Shown here: in pieces, positions 1-12,159 of the stretch
How the letters are laid out: the number at the start of each line of letters is the position of its first letter
Position numbering within the stretch: position 1 is the first letter of the stretch
Assembly: GCA_951406725.2 (NCBI GenBank)
Contig: OX597824.1
Coordinates: 82,708,001 to 82,772,000 of the forward strand
Reading direction: 5' to 3'
Length of the DNA: 64,000 nucleotides
DNA from: Octopus vulgaris
Lineage: Eukaryota
Program-made: the position numbers and the translations under genes
The notes under the pieces: generated by a model
What the model was told of the DNA's origin: nothing
Database searches by the model: none
Seen by the model: the letters and a program-made list of their open reading frames with translations, nothing else

Positions 1-173
1 ATATATATATACATATATATACACAGAGAGAGAAGCAAATAGATGGTTAGAGGTATACGCTGATGTGACATGCGATTAAGCAGGAGAAAAGGTTCTCAAT
101 ACTATTAGCTATTGTTAAATGGCATTTACTTACATACATACATACATGCATACACACACACACATATATATAC

Positions 174-222
<49 letters not shown>

Positions 223-235
223 TAATAGTTTAAGG

Positions 236-377
236 GGACAACAGACATTAAGGGAAGGCAAGCATCTCAAGTCATATACATTATTATTAATATTGGAAAA
301 AAATTGAAAAAATTTGGTAAAAATAATAATAATGTATATGACTTGAGATATTTGCCTTGCCTTAACGTTTGTTGTCC
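236..377. repeat. Imperfect inverted repeat (~55-bp arms) at the start of a short element inside (TA)n
   Basis: GGACAACAGACATTAAGGGAAGGCAAGCATCTCAAGTCATATACATTATTATTA is mirrored by TAATAATAATGTATATGACTTGAGATATTTGCCTTGCCTTAACGTTTGTTGTCC; unique sequence continues to ~530 before the next TA tract. Confidence 0.8.
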
Positions 378-529
378 TGTTTAACATCTATATATCTGCT
401 GCATCGGAAATCTGCAATGGCTCCATAACTACTGTCTCGGTTACAACCTTGGAGCCTTTGTAATCCGTTACAGCACTTACCTAGCGTACCTAATCATTTA
501 GATCACCTGTGAACTAAACCCCCATACTT

Positions 530-581
<52 letters not shown>

Positions 582-902
582 TGCATTTATGAGTACAGGA
601 TGTCACCAATGGTGAAAAGAACATGAAATACGTAAACAAACGAGAGAAAAACAAGTAAAATATGGAAAGCAGGACAAGTAAACACAGAGAAAAGACCCTT
701 CAGCAGTTGCCGACTGTCAATCTATTCCTTATTTCGAGCATTCAACAACAATATGAGTCTTCAAAGACCGTTGCTCCCATAAATTCTAAAATGAAATTTA
801 GGACTTATGGAGGGTCAAATTTGAGAACAAAACGATGAAAAAAATATGCATATATATATATATATATTTGAGTAGTTGAATGAATTTTGATGTCGACATA
901 AG

Positions 903-1001
903 TTCCTTGCCTTTCCTGATGAGAAATCTGCATAATGTACTCCTTATTCCTTCGGAATTAGGAATATGCAGCCTTCGAAACATATGTCGAAAATAAAGGA
1001 A
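903..1001 (+). ncRNA. Type I hammerhead ribozyme motif, intact core
   Basis: Stem I TTTC(912-915)/GAAA(989-992), extended by TTCCTT(903-908)/AAGGAA(996-1001). Core CTGATGA 916-922. Stem II GAA/TTC plus CTGCATA(928-934)/TATGCAG(965-971). GAAA 977-980. Palindromic stem III ACATATGT 980-987. GUC cleavage triplet ends at 988. Confidence 0.8.
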
Positions 1002-1039
1002 ATTTGTTAACAAGTCGCTCAACTCCATTCTTTCATAAA

Positions 1040-1081
<42 letters not shown>

Positions 1082-1882
1082 CACACAGAAGGGGAGAGAG
1101 AGTGATAAACCATGTGAGTAGCAACAAAAGAAGTAGACCTCTGTATCTTTGGAAATAGAGGACAAAAAGTATGAAGTGGCACAAGCATTGACCACTTACA
1201 TTTAGAACTCTGAGTTTCTAGGCAGGGAGTACTGGATACATCTCTGTCAAGAAACTCACAATAAAAGTACTCCAAGACTGCATTATTTAACATTATATAT
1301 ATATATTTACACAAATATATATATATATATATATACACACATACAGGAAATAATATTGGGGTTATAAGTGCAGGGGACATGGCAACCACCAAGAGAAATC
1401 AGGGTATAAGGGTGGATTTATATTAATGGAACCACTGTCTGCATAATAGTTACACAATCCAAAACATTACACAGGAAGCAATATCACCATGGTCAAATGA
1501 TTTACTAGAAACAGCAGTCAAAAATCCCTCACATTAGATACTACAATATTGAAAAAAAAAAGGAAGGATTCATTAGGCAATGCCAATTCTAGATACAGTA
1601 TGTATGAATGAAAAAGGGTGGATAGTCATGGCTGGAACAGTAGTCGCTGGTTAAATAGCAGTGATTGCCTTAATGTTTGTGGTTTTTTATATGAGTGTGT
1701 GTGTGTGTGTGTGTTTGTGAATTTATTATTATTATTGTTGTTCTTGTTCTTCTTGTTATTATTATATATCTCCGGTGGAGAGAGAGGAAAGTGGGGAGAA
1801 GGGGCTCGAGATATAACCCTTTATTTTTGAGAAAATAAGAAGATTCATGGGGTCAATTTCCTTTTAAAAAATTGTGCTCATT

Positions 1883-1932
<50 letters not shown>

Positions 1933-2149
1933 TAAGAGAGAGAAATAAAAATATTATGTACATATACATATATGTACAGTTATATGTATGGACTATGTAT
2001 ATGTATACACACACACATATATACATGCATTTCTGTGTATATATTTTTGTATGTATATATATATGTATCTATATAGGTATATACATATATATGTGCATAT
2101 ACATGTATATATGTATATATATATTTATATGTATGTATGTATATACATC

Positions 2150-2228
<79 letters not shown>

Positions 2229-2648
2229 GCATGTATTTATGCATGTATCTGCATACATGTATATACATGTATGTATGTTTGCAACAAAAAAAAACAAAAA
2301 CCAATGGAGAAAGAAAAAAAAACAAATTGAGTACACAAGAGAGTAGAAAGAATGCAAATATAGGATGGAGTTTTGTTTCGTTCATAGAATCAGCCCTTAA
2401 AGAGGATACTCAAGGAGTTGAGCAAGTGTACAATTATATAAGGACCACTCTGAGCTTTTTGATGTGGTCTGAAAGTTAAGGCAAAGTGGATGTGTTGAAG
2501 AAGGTAAAAATGACATGGATGAATCCATTTGAGTGTGGTAGGTGTGGCAGGATATATAAGGGGTGAAATATTAGCACAGCATATTAAGAAGGATCAAGAG
2601 AATTGGTGGGAAAGGGGTGGCAGAGCTGATTTGTTTTTTGGGGAGGGG

Positions 2649-2712
<64 letters not shown>

Positions 2713-2840
2713 CTGGTTTTGTTGGGTTTGTGTTTATTTATGTTTAGGACAATCTGCTGATGAGAGAGTAACAAAGAAAATAATTGCTGGTTTTTCTGGG
2801 TTTCATGTGCTTTTCATGGTTTACATAAATACATACATAT

Positions 2841-2918
<78 letters not shown>

Positions 2919-3139
2919 TCATACATACATACATATATATATATATATATGCACAAACACACATACATATATATGCACACTTTCACAGACACAGACATAC
3001 ACATCACACACTATATCCGTGTGTGTATGTGTGTGACTGTGTGTGTAAGTGTATATATATGTATGTATACATGTATGTATATGTGTGCATGTGCATATGA
3101 ATATCTATACATATATATATATATATCTGTGTGTGTGAG

Positions 3140-3198
<59 letters not shown>

Positions 3199-3454
3199 GT
3201 GCAAGAGGGAGCTTGTAAATTGTATAAAAGTACAGGAAATGTTTTGCTTGTTTTGTTTTGCTTTATCATTTTTTTTTTTCCATTTTTTTAAAAAATCTTT
3301 GTCATCAATTTGTTTGGAATGAATGATACGACTCTTATAAAAATTGTGTAGAATGATATGATAATTACAATAATAGGAATAAAAATTATTAATTTCAATG
3401 GAATGAAGCTTAATTTACATATATTCAGGTGGAGGTGGTATAACCACATTCACA

Positions 3455-3480
3455 AGGTCACACTAGGTCACTCTAGGTCA
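3455..3480 (+). promoter_or_regulatory. Three AGGTCA half-sites spaced by 4 nt (double DR4 nuclear-receptor element or 10-bp minirepeat)
   Basis: AGGTCA-cact-AGGTCA-ctct-AGGTCA in non-repetitive sequence. The motif is directly visible; function is unproven. Confidence 0.3.
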
Positions 3481-3537
3481 CACTAAAATATCTGGATCTA
3501 ATTTCTGGAGTTGACCGACAGCTACTTTTTCAGGACT

Positions 3538-3590
3538 TTAGGACAGTTTTTCTTGGATCAAGTCAGGGTTTTGGAACCAACCGTGAGAAA
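3538..3590 (-). CDS. Weak candidate terminal exon (xSHGWFQNPDLIQEKLS*)
   Basis: Acceptor ATATTTCAG on the minus strand followed by a short frame to TAA in unique sequence. The frame is ambiguous and no partner exon was found. Confidence 0.15.
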
Positions 3591-3944
3591 CTGAAATATC
3601 AGGCTTCCTTTCAAAAACAAAAACATGGTCAAGATTCAGATAAAGAACAGAGATGCTGATGATGAAGTGAGGAGAGGCGTTGACAGGATGTGACATATGG
3701 CGCATACGTCACCATGATTGATGCAAGCGCAAGTTTCCATAGTTGATTCACTCCGTTGTTGCTGCTGCTGCTGCTGCTGTTGCTGATGATGATGATGATG
3801 ATAGTTTAAAATTAACTGAGTTGATAAGGAATGCTCTCTCTAAGAAAATTTTCCAAATCAAGTTGCAAATTTTGATGGTAACAAAATTTATTTATAATGG
3901 TATTGCTGCTGCTGGTGATGATGATGATGATGATAGTTAAAAAT

Positions 3945-4136
3945 TTTGGCATAAGGTAACGTTCAGTTTTTAGTGTAGGGACCTAAGTTGATTAAAGCGA
4001 CCCCCCAGTGCTCAAATGCTATTTATTTTATTAATCCTGAAAGGGTGGAAAGCAAAATTGGCGGCAGCAGAATTTAAACTCAGAACATTAAGCTGAAAGA
4101 AATACAGCAAAGCATCTTGTCTGGCATGCTAACGAT

Positions 4137-4210
<74 letters not shown>

Positions 4211-4890
4211 CGTTTCTACTCTAGACACAAGGCCCAAAAATTTTGGGGAGGAGGCCAGTCGATCAGATCAACCCCAGTACGTAACTGGCATTTAATTTAT
4301 CGACCCCGAAAGGATGAAAGGCAAAGTCGACCTCAGCAGAATTTGAACTCAGAATATAATGACTAACGAAATACTGCTAAGCATTTCTTCACCTGGCATG
4401 CTAATGTTTCTGCCATCTCACTGCCTTCTTACTAAGATAATAATCTTTTCTACTTTAGGAACAAGGCCCAAAATTTTGGGGGAGGGGGCCAGTCGGTTAG
4501 ATCGACCCCAGTGCGTAACTGATACTTAATTTATCGACCTTCAAAAAAATGCAAGGCAAAGTTGACCTCGGCAGAATTTGAACTCCGAACGTAAAGACAG
4601 ACGAAATACTGCTAAGCATTTTGCCCCGCATGCTAATGTCTCTGCCAGCTTGCCACCTTCTTGATAAAATAATATTATTTTCTACTCTAGGCACAAGGCC
4701 CAAAGTTTTTGGGGAGAGGGCCTGTCAATTAGATTGACTCCAGTATGCAACCGGTACTTAATTTATCGACCCCAAAAGGATGCAAGGCAAAGTCGACCTC
4801 AGCAGAATTTGAACTCAGAATATTGACTGATGAAATACCGCTAAGTATTTCACCTGGCATGCTGACGTTTCTGCCAGCTCACCACCTTTT
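3945..4890 (-). mobile_element. Cluster of ~4 copies of tRNA-derived SINE family A
   Basis: Repeated ~210-bp unit ...ATCGACCCCGAAAGGATGAAAGGCAAAGTCGACCTC-GGCAGAATTTGAACTCAGAA...; antisense B-box GTTCAAAT, with (ATT)n tails on the minus strand. Confidence 0.9.
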
Positions 4891-5135
4891 GAGCAATATA
4901 TATTAGCATTAATAATACTAGCTGGCTTACACAAAACATACACCACTACGTACTATACACATACACATAAGCACTATACACATACAATAGCAAGAATGTA
5001 TTTCCACGACAACAGACAACACAAAAAAAACAAAGCAAAACACTGCAATGCTCTTCTTTTTTTTTTGAGCATCACATGTCCTATATCAATGTCGGCATCA
5101 ATTCCACTCTTGATTACATCAACTGATAATCTTAA

Positions 5136-5359
5136 ACTCTTTTGATACCAACCCACCTGAAATTGTACTTAGCTCTATGATAGCAACACCTTGCTTTTAA
5201 AGTGATCTTCAATAAAACCTTCAATCAAAATTTTACAGAAACTCACGTTCCAAACACCTGTTTAATAATACTAAAGTTACAGTACAAAATTCTTCATTCT
5301 TTTCAAAATTAATTGCAACAAAGGTAATATATTCCAACAGAAATATAGCAAAGAAAGGG
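5136..5359. mobile_element. piggyBac-type MITE (degenerate)
   Basis: TTAA at 5132-5135 and 5360-5363; termini ACTCTTTT...AAAGGG; homologous to 15802-16206. Confidence 0.65.
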
Positions 5360-5910
5360 TTAATACCCAGCCATTCTCTAAATACACTTACACTCTCTCC
5401 TTCATTTTAAGTTAACACAGCACATTGAACATGACCATACTCATCCTTATATCTCTTTAACTACCACCCATCTTCCACATTCATTCAAATCATATCTCTA
5501 TTTTCCATGTACCATCATGCATTTTACATACAGCCATATAGCTATGTAATTATTTCTAGTTGACATGTATAGATGCAGGTGTAGCTGTGTGGTTGAAATG
5601 TTTGCTTTTCAACCAAGTTGTTGGGCATCTTGAGCAAGTATTTCTACTACAGCTCCAAGCTGACCAATGCTTTGTGAGTAAATTTAGTAAACAAAGGAAA
5701 CTGCGCACAAGCTTTATTGCAGGACACTGATGAGATACAGTACATGATTGCATAATACTTCTGCTACTATCGCGTAATCATCTCATCATTTTTTTGAAAC
5801 ATGTGTATGTTGCTTTAAAGTTTTGAAAAATACACCAGTTTTTTGCTGATTATTTTGTCTATTATATGCATGCACACACACATATATGTATATATACACA
5901 CACATACATA

Positions 5911-5960
<50 letters not shown>

Positions 5961-7226
5961 CATATATATGTATATGTATATGTATGTCTTTGTCTTTATA
6001 TTTGTCCACCTCACCACCATCATTTGACAACCAGTGCTGGTTTGTTTACATTCTCATAACTTAGCAGTTCAACAAAAGACACTAACGTATTAAGTACTAA
6101 AGTTTAAAAGATAAGTACTGAGGTTGATTTGTTCAATTAAACTCTTCAAGGTCATGCTCCAGCATGGCAGTAGTCCAATGATGGTAAAAAGTAAAAATTA
6201 AACACTAATGCTATTTGTCATTACCTAATTAATTCTCCAAATAATCTATTTCCTTACACCAATTAATGTCCCGCAATTTTCTAATCGCCACTTCAGAAAG
6301 TATGGTGACACTGATACTTTGCTGATGAGGCCATAATAATAACAAAACCCACCTGGAGTTGGTTCTGTATTTCTCAAAAAATAATTAGAGTGAAATTTAT
6401 TGTTGGAGAATATTGTTTTGTTTCATTTAGCAGATAATTACTGCTGCTACTGCTCATGATGATGGTGGTGGTGGTGGTGGTACTGCAGCTGCTGGTGATG
6501 ATAGTGTGGATGATGATGATGATGAGGAGGAGGAGGAGGGGCAGGAGGGTGATGATGCTGCTGCTGATGCTGATGCTGGTGATGATAGTGGGGTTGGTAA
6601 TGACAATGATAATATTAGCGATGATGATACTGATGATGATGATGATGATGATGGTCGTCGAGGAGGTGATGCTGATGCTGCAGGTGGGAGGGTGGTAGTA
6701 GCGGTGGTGGTGGTGGTGTGGTGGTGGTGGTGGTGGTGGAGCTGATGGTGGCCATGAGAATAACGACGATCGAATAACGATAATGATGATGATTATGATC
6801 ATGATAATCATGATGAGGACGATTGTGATGATGGTGAATACGATGACAATGATGATGATAACAAAGACATGCTGGTCGTGGTGTGGATGGTCATGGTTGG
6901 TGTGCATGCCCTTGACTGTAAGATCTGCCTTTAAATTAAAGCTGAACTGGGTCAGGGGCAGCATATGAACCTCACCGATCTGGGAGCAGTTTGAGAGGTA
7001 AGTGTGGGGAGTAAAAGACTACTACAACAACAACAGCAACAACAACAACAACAACTATGTCACTAATTGGAATGCTGTGTTAGACATGTGTACATGCAAG
7101 CCTGATGCAGTAACAATTGCAAATTGGAAGACAAAAGAAGATAAACAATGGGCTTGTCCCATCACAAGAAAAAAAAGAAACACTGGATAATTATATCGTT
7201 ATATGCGATGTTATCAAAGTTAATTT

Positions 7227-7328
7227 GTTTCCGTGGCAACAGTAACGTAAGAAATAAGAACTGGCATTGGCATGTGTACCCTTGGCGACAGAGTGTCATC
7301 AGGAAAACATTTGTGTAACCATGACAAC
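7227..7328. promoter_or_regulatory. Cluster of three RFX X-box-like motifs
   Basis: GTTTCCGTGGCAAC (7227-7240), GTACCCTTGGCGAC (7276-7289) and GTAACCATGACAAC (7315-7328) in an island of unique sequence. Confidence 0.4.
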
Positions 7329-7467
7329 AAATTGAAAACAAAAACATCCAGGTTAGAGAGTATGGTGCATAATCTATGTGTGGGTTCATGTTTGCAGGAG
7401 AGGAAGATGTGTGCATGTGTGTGTGTGTGTGTGTGTGTCTGTGTGCATGTGAGTGTGTGATTGTATG

Positions 7468-7505
<38 letters not shown>

Positions 7506-7523
7506 CACACACACATATATATA

Positions 7524-7583
<60 letters not shown>

Positions 7584-7629
7584 CACGCACACATATATAC
7601 ATGTGTGTGTGTATGTATGTATATATATA

Positions 7630-7682
<53 letters not shown>

Positions 7683-7769
7683 GTATGTATATATGTATAT
7701 ATATATGTATGTGTATGTATATGTATAGATATAATAGATATATATATATATGTATATATATATAACCAG

Positions 7770-7960
7770 TTGGTGTTTGTCAGGAAAAAGATTATATGAT
7801 GCCATAGTAGAGACTATTGATATTTTATTTTGGTCAAGTGGGTCTCTTGTTAGTCTGAGGTTTTCTTGTAGGTGCACAAGGTCTTCTGACAAATGATGTG
7901 TGGGAAGGAGGGTTAGGTAGGATAAAATCCAAGCTGTATCTTCTTGAAGCACATCAGCTT
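7770..7960 (-). mobile_element. Possible decayed Penelope-like reverse transcriptase fragment
   Basis: Minus-strand translation [49 protein letters not shown] loosely follows the Penelope RT pattern LPxxIxD...L(V)SxDVxSLYTNIP; by-eye resemblance only. Confidence 0.25.
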
Positions 7961-8126
7961 ATTCAAGAATCACAATCCAGTACAATGTGGTTATCATTGT
8001 TGTATTGATGTGAGGCATATATACTTGTGTGTGTGTGTGTGTGTGTGTGTATTTTCCATGGATCATATACCCCCGAAAAAGAAGCACACGCTAAAAGTTT
8101 GAGCAGCAATGTATTAACATGAAGTT

Positions 8127-8219
8127 AAATATATGTCCAGGCATAGAGTGATAAATGGATGCTTTGTGGATGTGAATCCATGTGAAACCATTGGTCACTC
8201 TATGACCGGACATATATTT
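8127..8219 (+). ncRNA. Hammerhead-like motif with damaged CUGANGA box
   Basis: Long stem I AAATATATGTCC/GGACATATATTT and CATAGAGT/ACTCTATG; stem II ATGGAT/ATCCAT; GAAA 8184-8187; stem III ACCA-T-TGGT then C (GUC). The 5' core reads GATAA rather than CTGATGA. Confidence 0.5.
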
Positions 8220-8371
8220 TGTACATTTGTATTGGGTCTTTCAATTTACTTCTTCTAGTGAATCAACAAAAATTTATATCTATCTAACTGTCAATCTATC
8301 TACATACATACATACACACATACATATATATACATATATATACATACATACATATATATACATACATATAC

Positions 8372-8463
<92 letters not shown>

Positions 8464-8552
8464 TAGAAAGGATAAATTCCTTATAAGAATTTATCAAGTA
8501 ATCATAAGGGAAAAATTTATAATTATTCCCTTTAAATATATTTATCCACTGT

Positions 8553-8633
8553 GCCATCTCTTCAATTATCCAGATAACTGAAGAGATGGCAACATGGAAT
8601 TCCACCCCAGCATCAAAAACTCGGAGTTTTATC
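8553..8633 (+). ncRNA. Hammerhead motif (GAAA box mutated) preceded by a short inverted copy of its own 5' end
   Basis: Stem I GATAA(8573-8577)/TTATC(8629-8633); CTGAAGA 8578-8584; stem II GATG/CATC; AAAAA in place of GAAA; stem III ACTC-G-GAGT then T. 8553-8570 is the reverse complement of 8573-8590 with one mismatch. Confidence 0.6.
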
Positions 8634-8739
8634 ATAGCTACTGAATAATTGTCACATATTATATATATTTACAGATAAATTCCTCTATTTACATAATATC
8701 AAGGTCTCTTTCATTCTTTTGTTTTCTTACCATTTTTAT

Positions 8740-8850
<111 letters not shown>

Positions 8851-8857
8851 ATATGGG

Positions 8858-8888
<31 letters not shown>

Positions 8889-8917
8889 TATATATAATAG
8901 ATAATATATATATAGAT

Positions 8918-8988
<71 letters not shown>

Positions 8989-9249
8989 CTAGAAAATATG
9001 ATAAACTTACAAGATGTATCACTAACAAATGCATTTATAACTTCACAGTAAACTGAAGGCTTTATGTGTAGATTAATTCTATAACTTGATGTATATGATA
9101 TGAACTCCTGATCATGCTAAAGTCAAATGCATTGTATGTACTCAAAACACTGCTACAGTCAAGTGCATGGTATGAACTTGCAACGCAACAAAGATGCAAC
9201 CAGGTGCAAACTGACTTTCTGGTGAACCATTTAACATCATCAACAACAA

Positions 9250-9281
<32 letters not shown>

Positions 9282-9434
9282 GTAAATTTAGTAGTAAGTA
9301 CATAATAGTAATAACAGAGCTACCTTTATATTCCCATGTGTTGCAATGAGTTGCAACAAAGCCAACAGGTTGTCATAGGGACGAGGGGTTGCTATGAGGG
9401 TGAGGGGGTACCACAAGGCACAAAGCTTATAATC

Positions 9435-9469
<35 letters not shown>

Positions 9470-9909
9470 GGACCTGCAGCACTTGACAAGTACCTTATTG
9501 TATTTTCACCAGAAGGATGAAAGGTAAAGTCAACCTTGGTATGATTTGATCTCGGAACATAAAAGGACAGAACTAAAACTCACAACGCATGTTGGTTTTG
9601 ATGCTCCACTGATTTTCCAATCACCTGCTCTTAATAGTAATGATAATGATAATCCTGTCTACAATAGGTGTGAAGCAAGAAAAGTTGGGGTCGGAGTAGG
9701 AGAGGGGCTACTCAGTTATATCGACCCCCAGCAATTTTAAGGGAGGAGTTAAGGAAATTATATTGGCTCATTTTATAGACCCTGAGAGGATGAAAGGCAA
9801 AGTCAACCTTAGAACCTTAATGACATTTGAACTCAGGACATGGGTGAAATGCCGCTGAGCATTTTGCTAAAAATTTTCTTAGCTCAGCACCTTAATAATG
9901 ATAACAACC

Positions 9910-10470
9910 CTTTCTACTAAAGGTACAAGGCCTGAAATTTAAGGGGAGAGGGCTCGTTGATTACATTGACTCCAGTGCTTCACTGGTACTTATTTTATCA
10001 ACCCTGAAAGGATGTAAGGCAAAGTCGACTTTGGCAGAATTTGAACTCAGAACATGAGGACAGACAAAATGCCGTTAAGCATTTTGCTCGGTCTGCTAAC
10101 AATTCTGCCAACTTGCTGCCTTATGACCTCAGCGGAATTTGAACTCAGAATGTAGTGGTAGACAAAATACCTATTTCTTTATTACCCACAAGGGGCTAAA
10201 CACAGAGGGGACAAACAAGGACAGACATAGGTATTAAGTCGATTACATCGACCCCAGTGCGGAACTGGTACTTAATTTATCGACCCCGAAAGGATGAAAG
10301 GCAAAGTCAACCTCGGCGGAATTTGAACTCACAACATAACGGCAGACAAAATACCGCTAAGCATTTCGCCCGGCGTGCTAACGTTTCTGCCAGCTCGCCG
10401 CCTTTGGCAGACAAAATACCATTTAGCATTTTGCCTGGTGTGCTAACGATTCTGCCAGCTCACCACCTTA
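9910..10470 (-). mobile_element. SINE family A cluster
   Basis: Same unit as 3945-4890, including partial head-to-tail multimers. Confidence 0.9.
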
Positions 10471-10702
10471 TATAATAACCACTGAAAGACTGGGAGATGA
10501 AATAAGTCTTGATGTAATTTGAACTCATATCATAAAGGTTCCTAACTAAATACTGCCGAGGTGTTTTGCTCAATTTTCTAATTTTTATACAGTTTCGGTC
10601 CATTTACTGAACATGGTTTAGAAAATAAAGAGAGTCTATGGAAACAGGAATAGAAGAGTAAGGTGATGGGTGAGGATAGGAGAGAAGAAAGGGTAGAAAG
10701 AA

Positions 10703-10734
<32 letters not shown>

Positions 10735-11049
10735 GAGAAAGGAAGCAAGGAAAGAAAGGCTGAGTAATAATGAATAAGTGCAAACAACAACAATAACAAC
10801 AACAACAACAAAGGTTAAACAGAAAGAGAACCATTGGAGTTAATGTGTGTGGCTTATCCCTGGGGTGGCATTTCTCCACGAATGCAAACAAAGTAGTAGT
10901 AGTAGTAGTAGTGGTAGTGGTGGTGGTGGTGGTGGTGGTGGTGGTAGTGGTGGAACCTATAATGTAATGCTATATGATGATGGGAAACTTTTGTAGACTA
11001 ACGAAAGGTGTAGATCTTGTGTATTTCGAAACAGATGTTGCAGAACATA

Positions 11050-11447
11050 CAAGGCTTACAAAGAATAAGTCCTGGGGTCGATTTCTTCAACTAAAGGCGG
11101 TGCTCCAGCATGGCCACAGTCAAATGACTGAAACAAGTAAAAGAGTAAAAGAGTAAGTCATTAGACATAGCCGAGAGGCTGAAGCAATTCCACTAAGAAT
11201 TCTTATTGAAATAATAATTCTTACTAATTCTGACACGGAGTCAGAAATTTTTTGGAAGGGAAGGGTAAAAGTCTCTTTTACTCTTTTACTTGTTTCAGTC
11301 ATTTGTCTGTCGCCATGCTGGAGCACTGCCTTTAGTCGAGCAAATTGATCCCAGGACTTATTCTTTGTAAGCTTAGTACTTATTCTATCAGTCTTTTTTG
11401 CCGACCCGCTAAGTTACGGGGACATAAACACCCCAGCATTGGTTGTC

Positions 11448-11450
<3 letters not shown>
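11050..11450. mobile_element. Two SINE family B 3' ends in tail-to-tail inverted orientation
   Basis: CTTACAAAGAATAAGTCCTGGG...GAAACAAGTAAAAGAGTAAAAGAG (+, to ~11153) and its reverse complement starting ~11274. Confidence 0.85.
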
Positions 11451-11478
<28 letters not shown>

Positions 11479-11479
11479 G

Positions 11480-12115
11480 TTTCAAATTTTGCCATAAGTG
11501 CAGCAGTTTTGGAGGAGGGGATCAGTCGATTACATTTACCCCAATGTTTAACTGGTACTTATTTTATTGACCCCGAAAGCATGAAAGTAAAGTTGAACAC
11601 GGCGGAATTTGAACACAGAATGTAGTGACAGGTGAAATACCGCTAAGCATTTCATCTCATGCGCTAGTGATTCTGCCAGCTTGCCACCTTATAAAATAAT
11701 GATAATAATAATAATAATAATTCTTTTTACTATAGGCATGAGGCCTTAAATTTCGGTGGAAGGGACCAGTTGATTACATCAACCCCAGTGTCTCACTGGT
11801 GCTTATTTTATCCATCTCGAAAGGATGAAAGGCAAAGTTGAGTTCAGCGGAATTTGAACTTAGAATGTAAAGACAGGCAAAATACCTATTTCTTTATTAC
11901 CCACAAGGGGCTAAACACAGAGGGGACAAACAAGGACAGACATAGGTATTAAGTCGATTACATCGACCCCAGTTCGTAACTGGTACTTAATTTATCGACC
12001 CCGAAAGGATGAAAGGCAAAGTCGACCTCGGCAGAATTTGAACTCACAACGTAACACAGACGAAATACCACTAAACATTTCACCCACTGTGCTAACGATT
12101 CTGCCAGATCACTAA
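11480..12115 (-). mobile_element. SINE family A cluster (3 copies)
   Basis: Same repeated unit separated by (AAT)n. Confidence 0.9.
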
Positions 12116-12159
12116 AATAATGATAATAACAATAACAATAATAATAATAATAATAATAA

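Noticed and set aside
590-830. Hammerhead in the repeat with TTGAAGA...GAAA and CTGCTGA on the minus strand (related copy ~39225-39400)
   Set aside because: Stem II does not pair and the cores are non-canonical; at most an eroded Penelope-like terminal repeat.
1205-1258. Hairpin TGAGTTTCT...AGAAACTCA with GAAACTCAGAGT on the minus strand
   Set aside because: No CUGANGA box or stem I partner; short hairpin only.
2750-2795. CTGATGA...GAAA (also at ~5727, ~6324, ~33095 and ~43644)
   Set aside because: Core words are present but the flanking stems do not form; expected by chance in GAT-rich DNA.
6942-6997. Plus-strand exon ending at GAG/GTAAGT
   Set aside because: Stops in all three frames and a poor acceptor.
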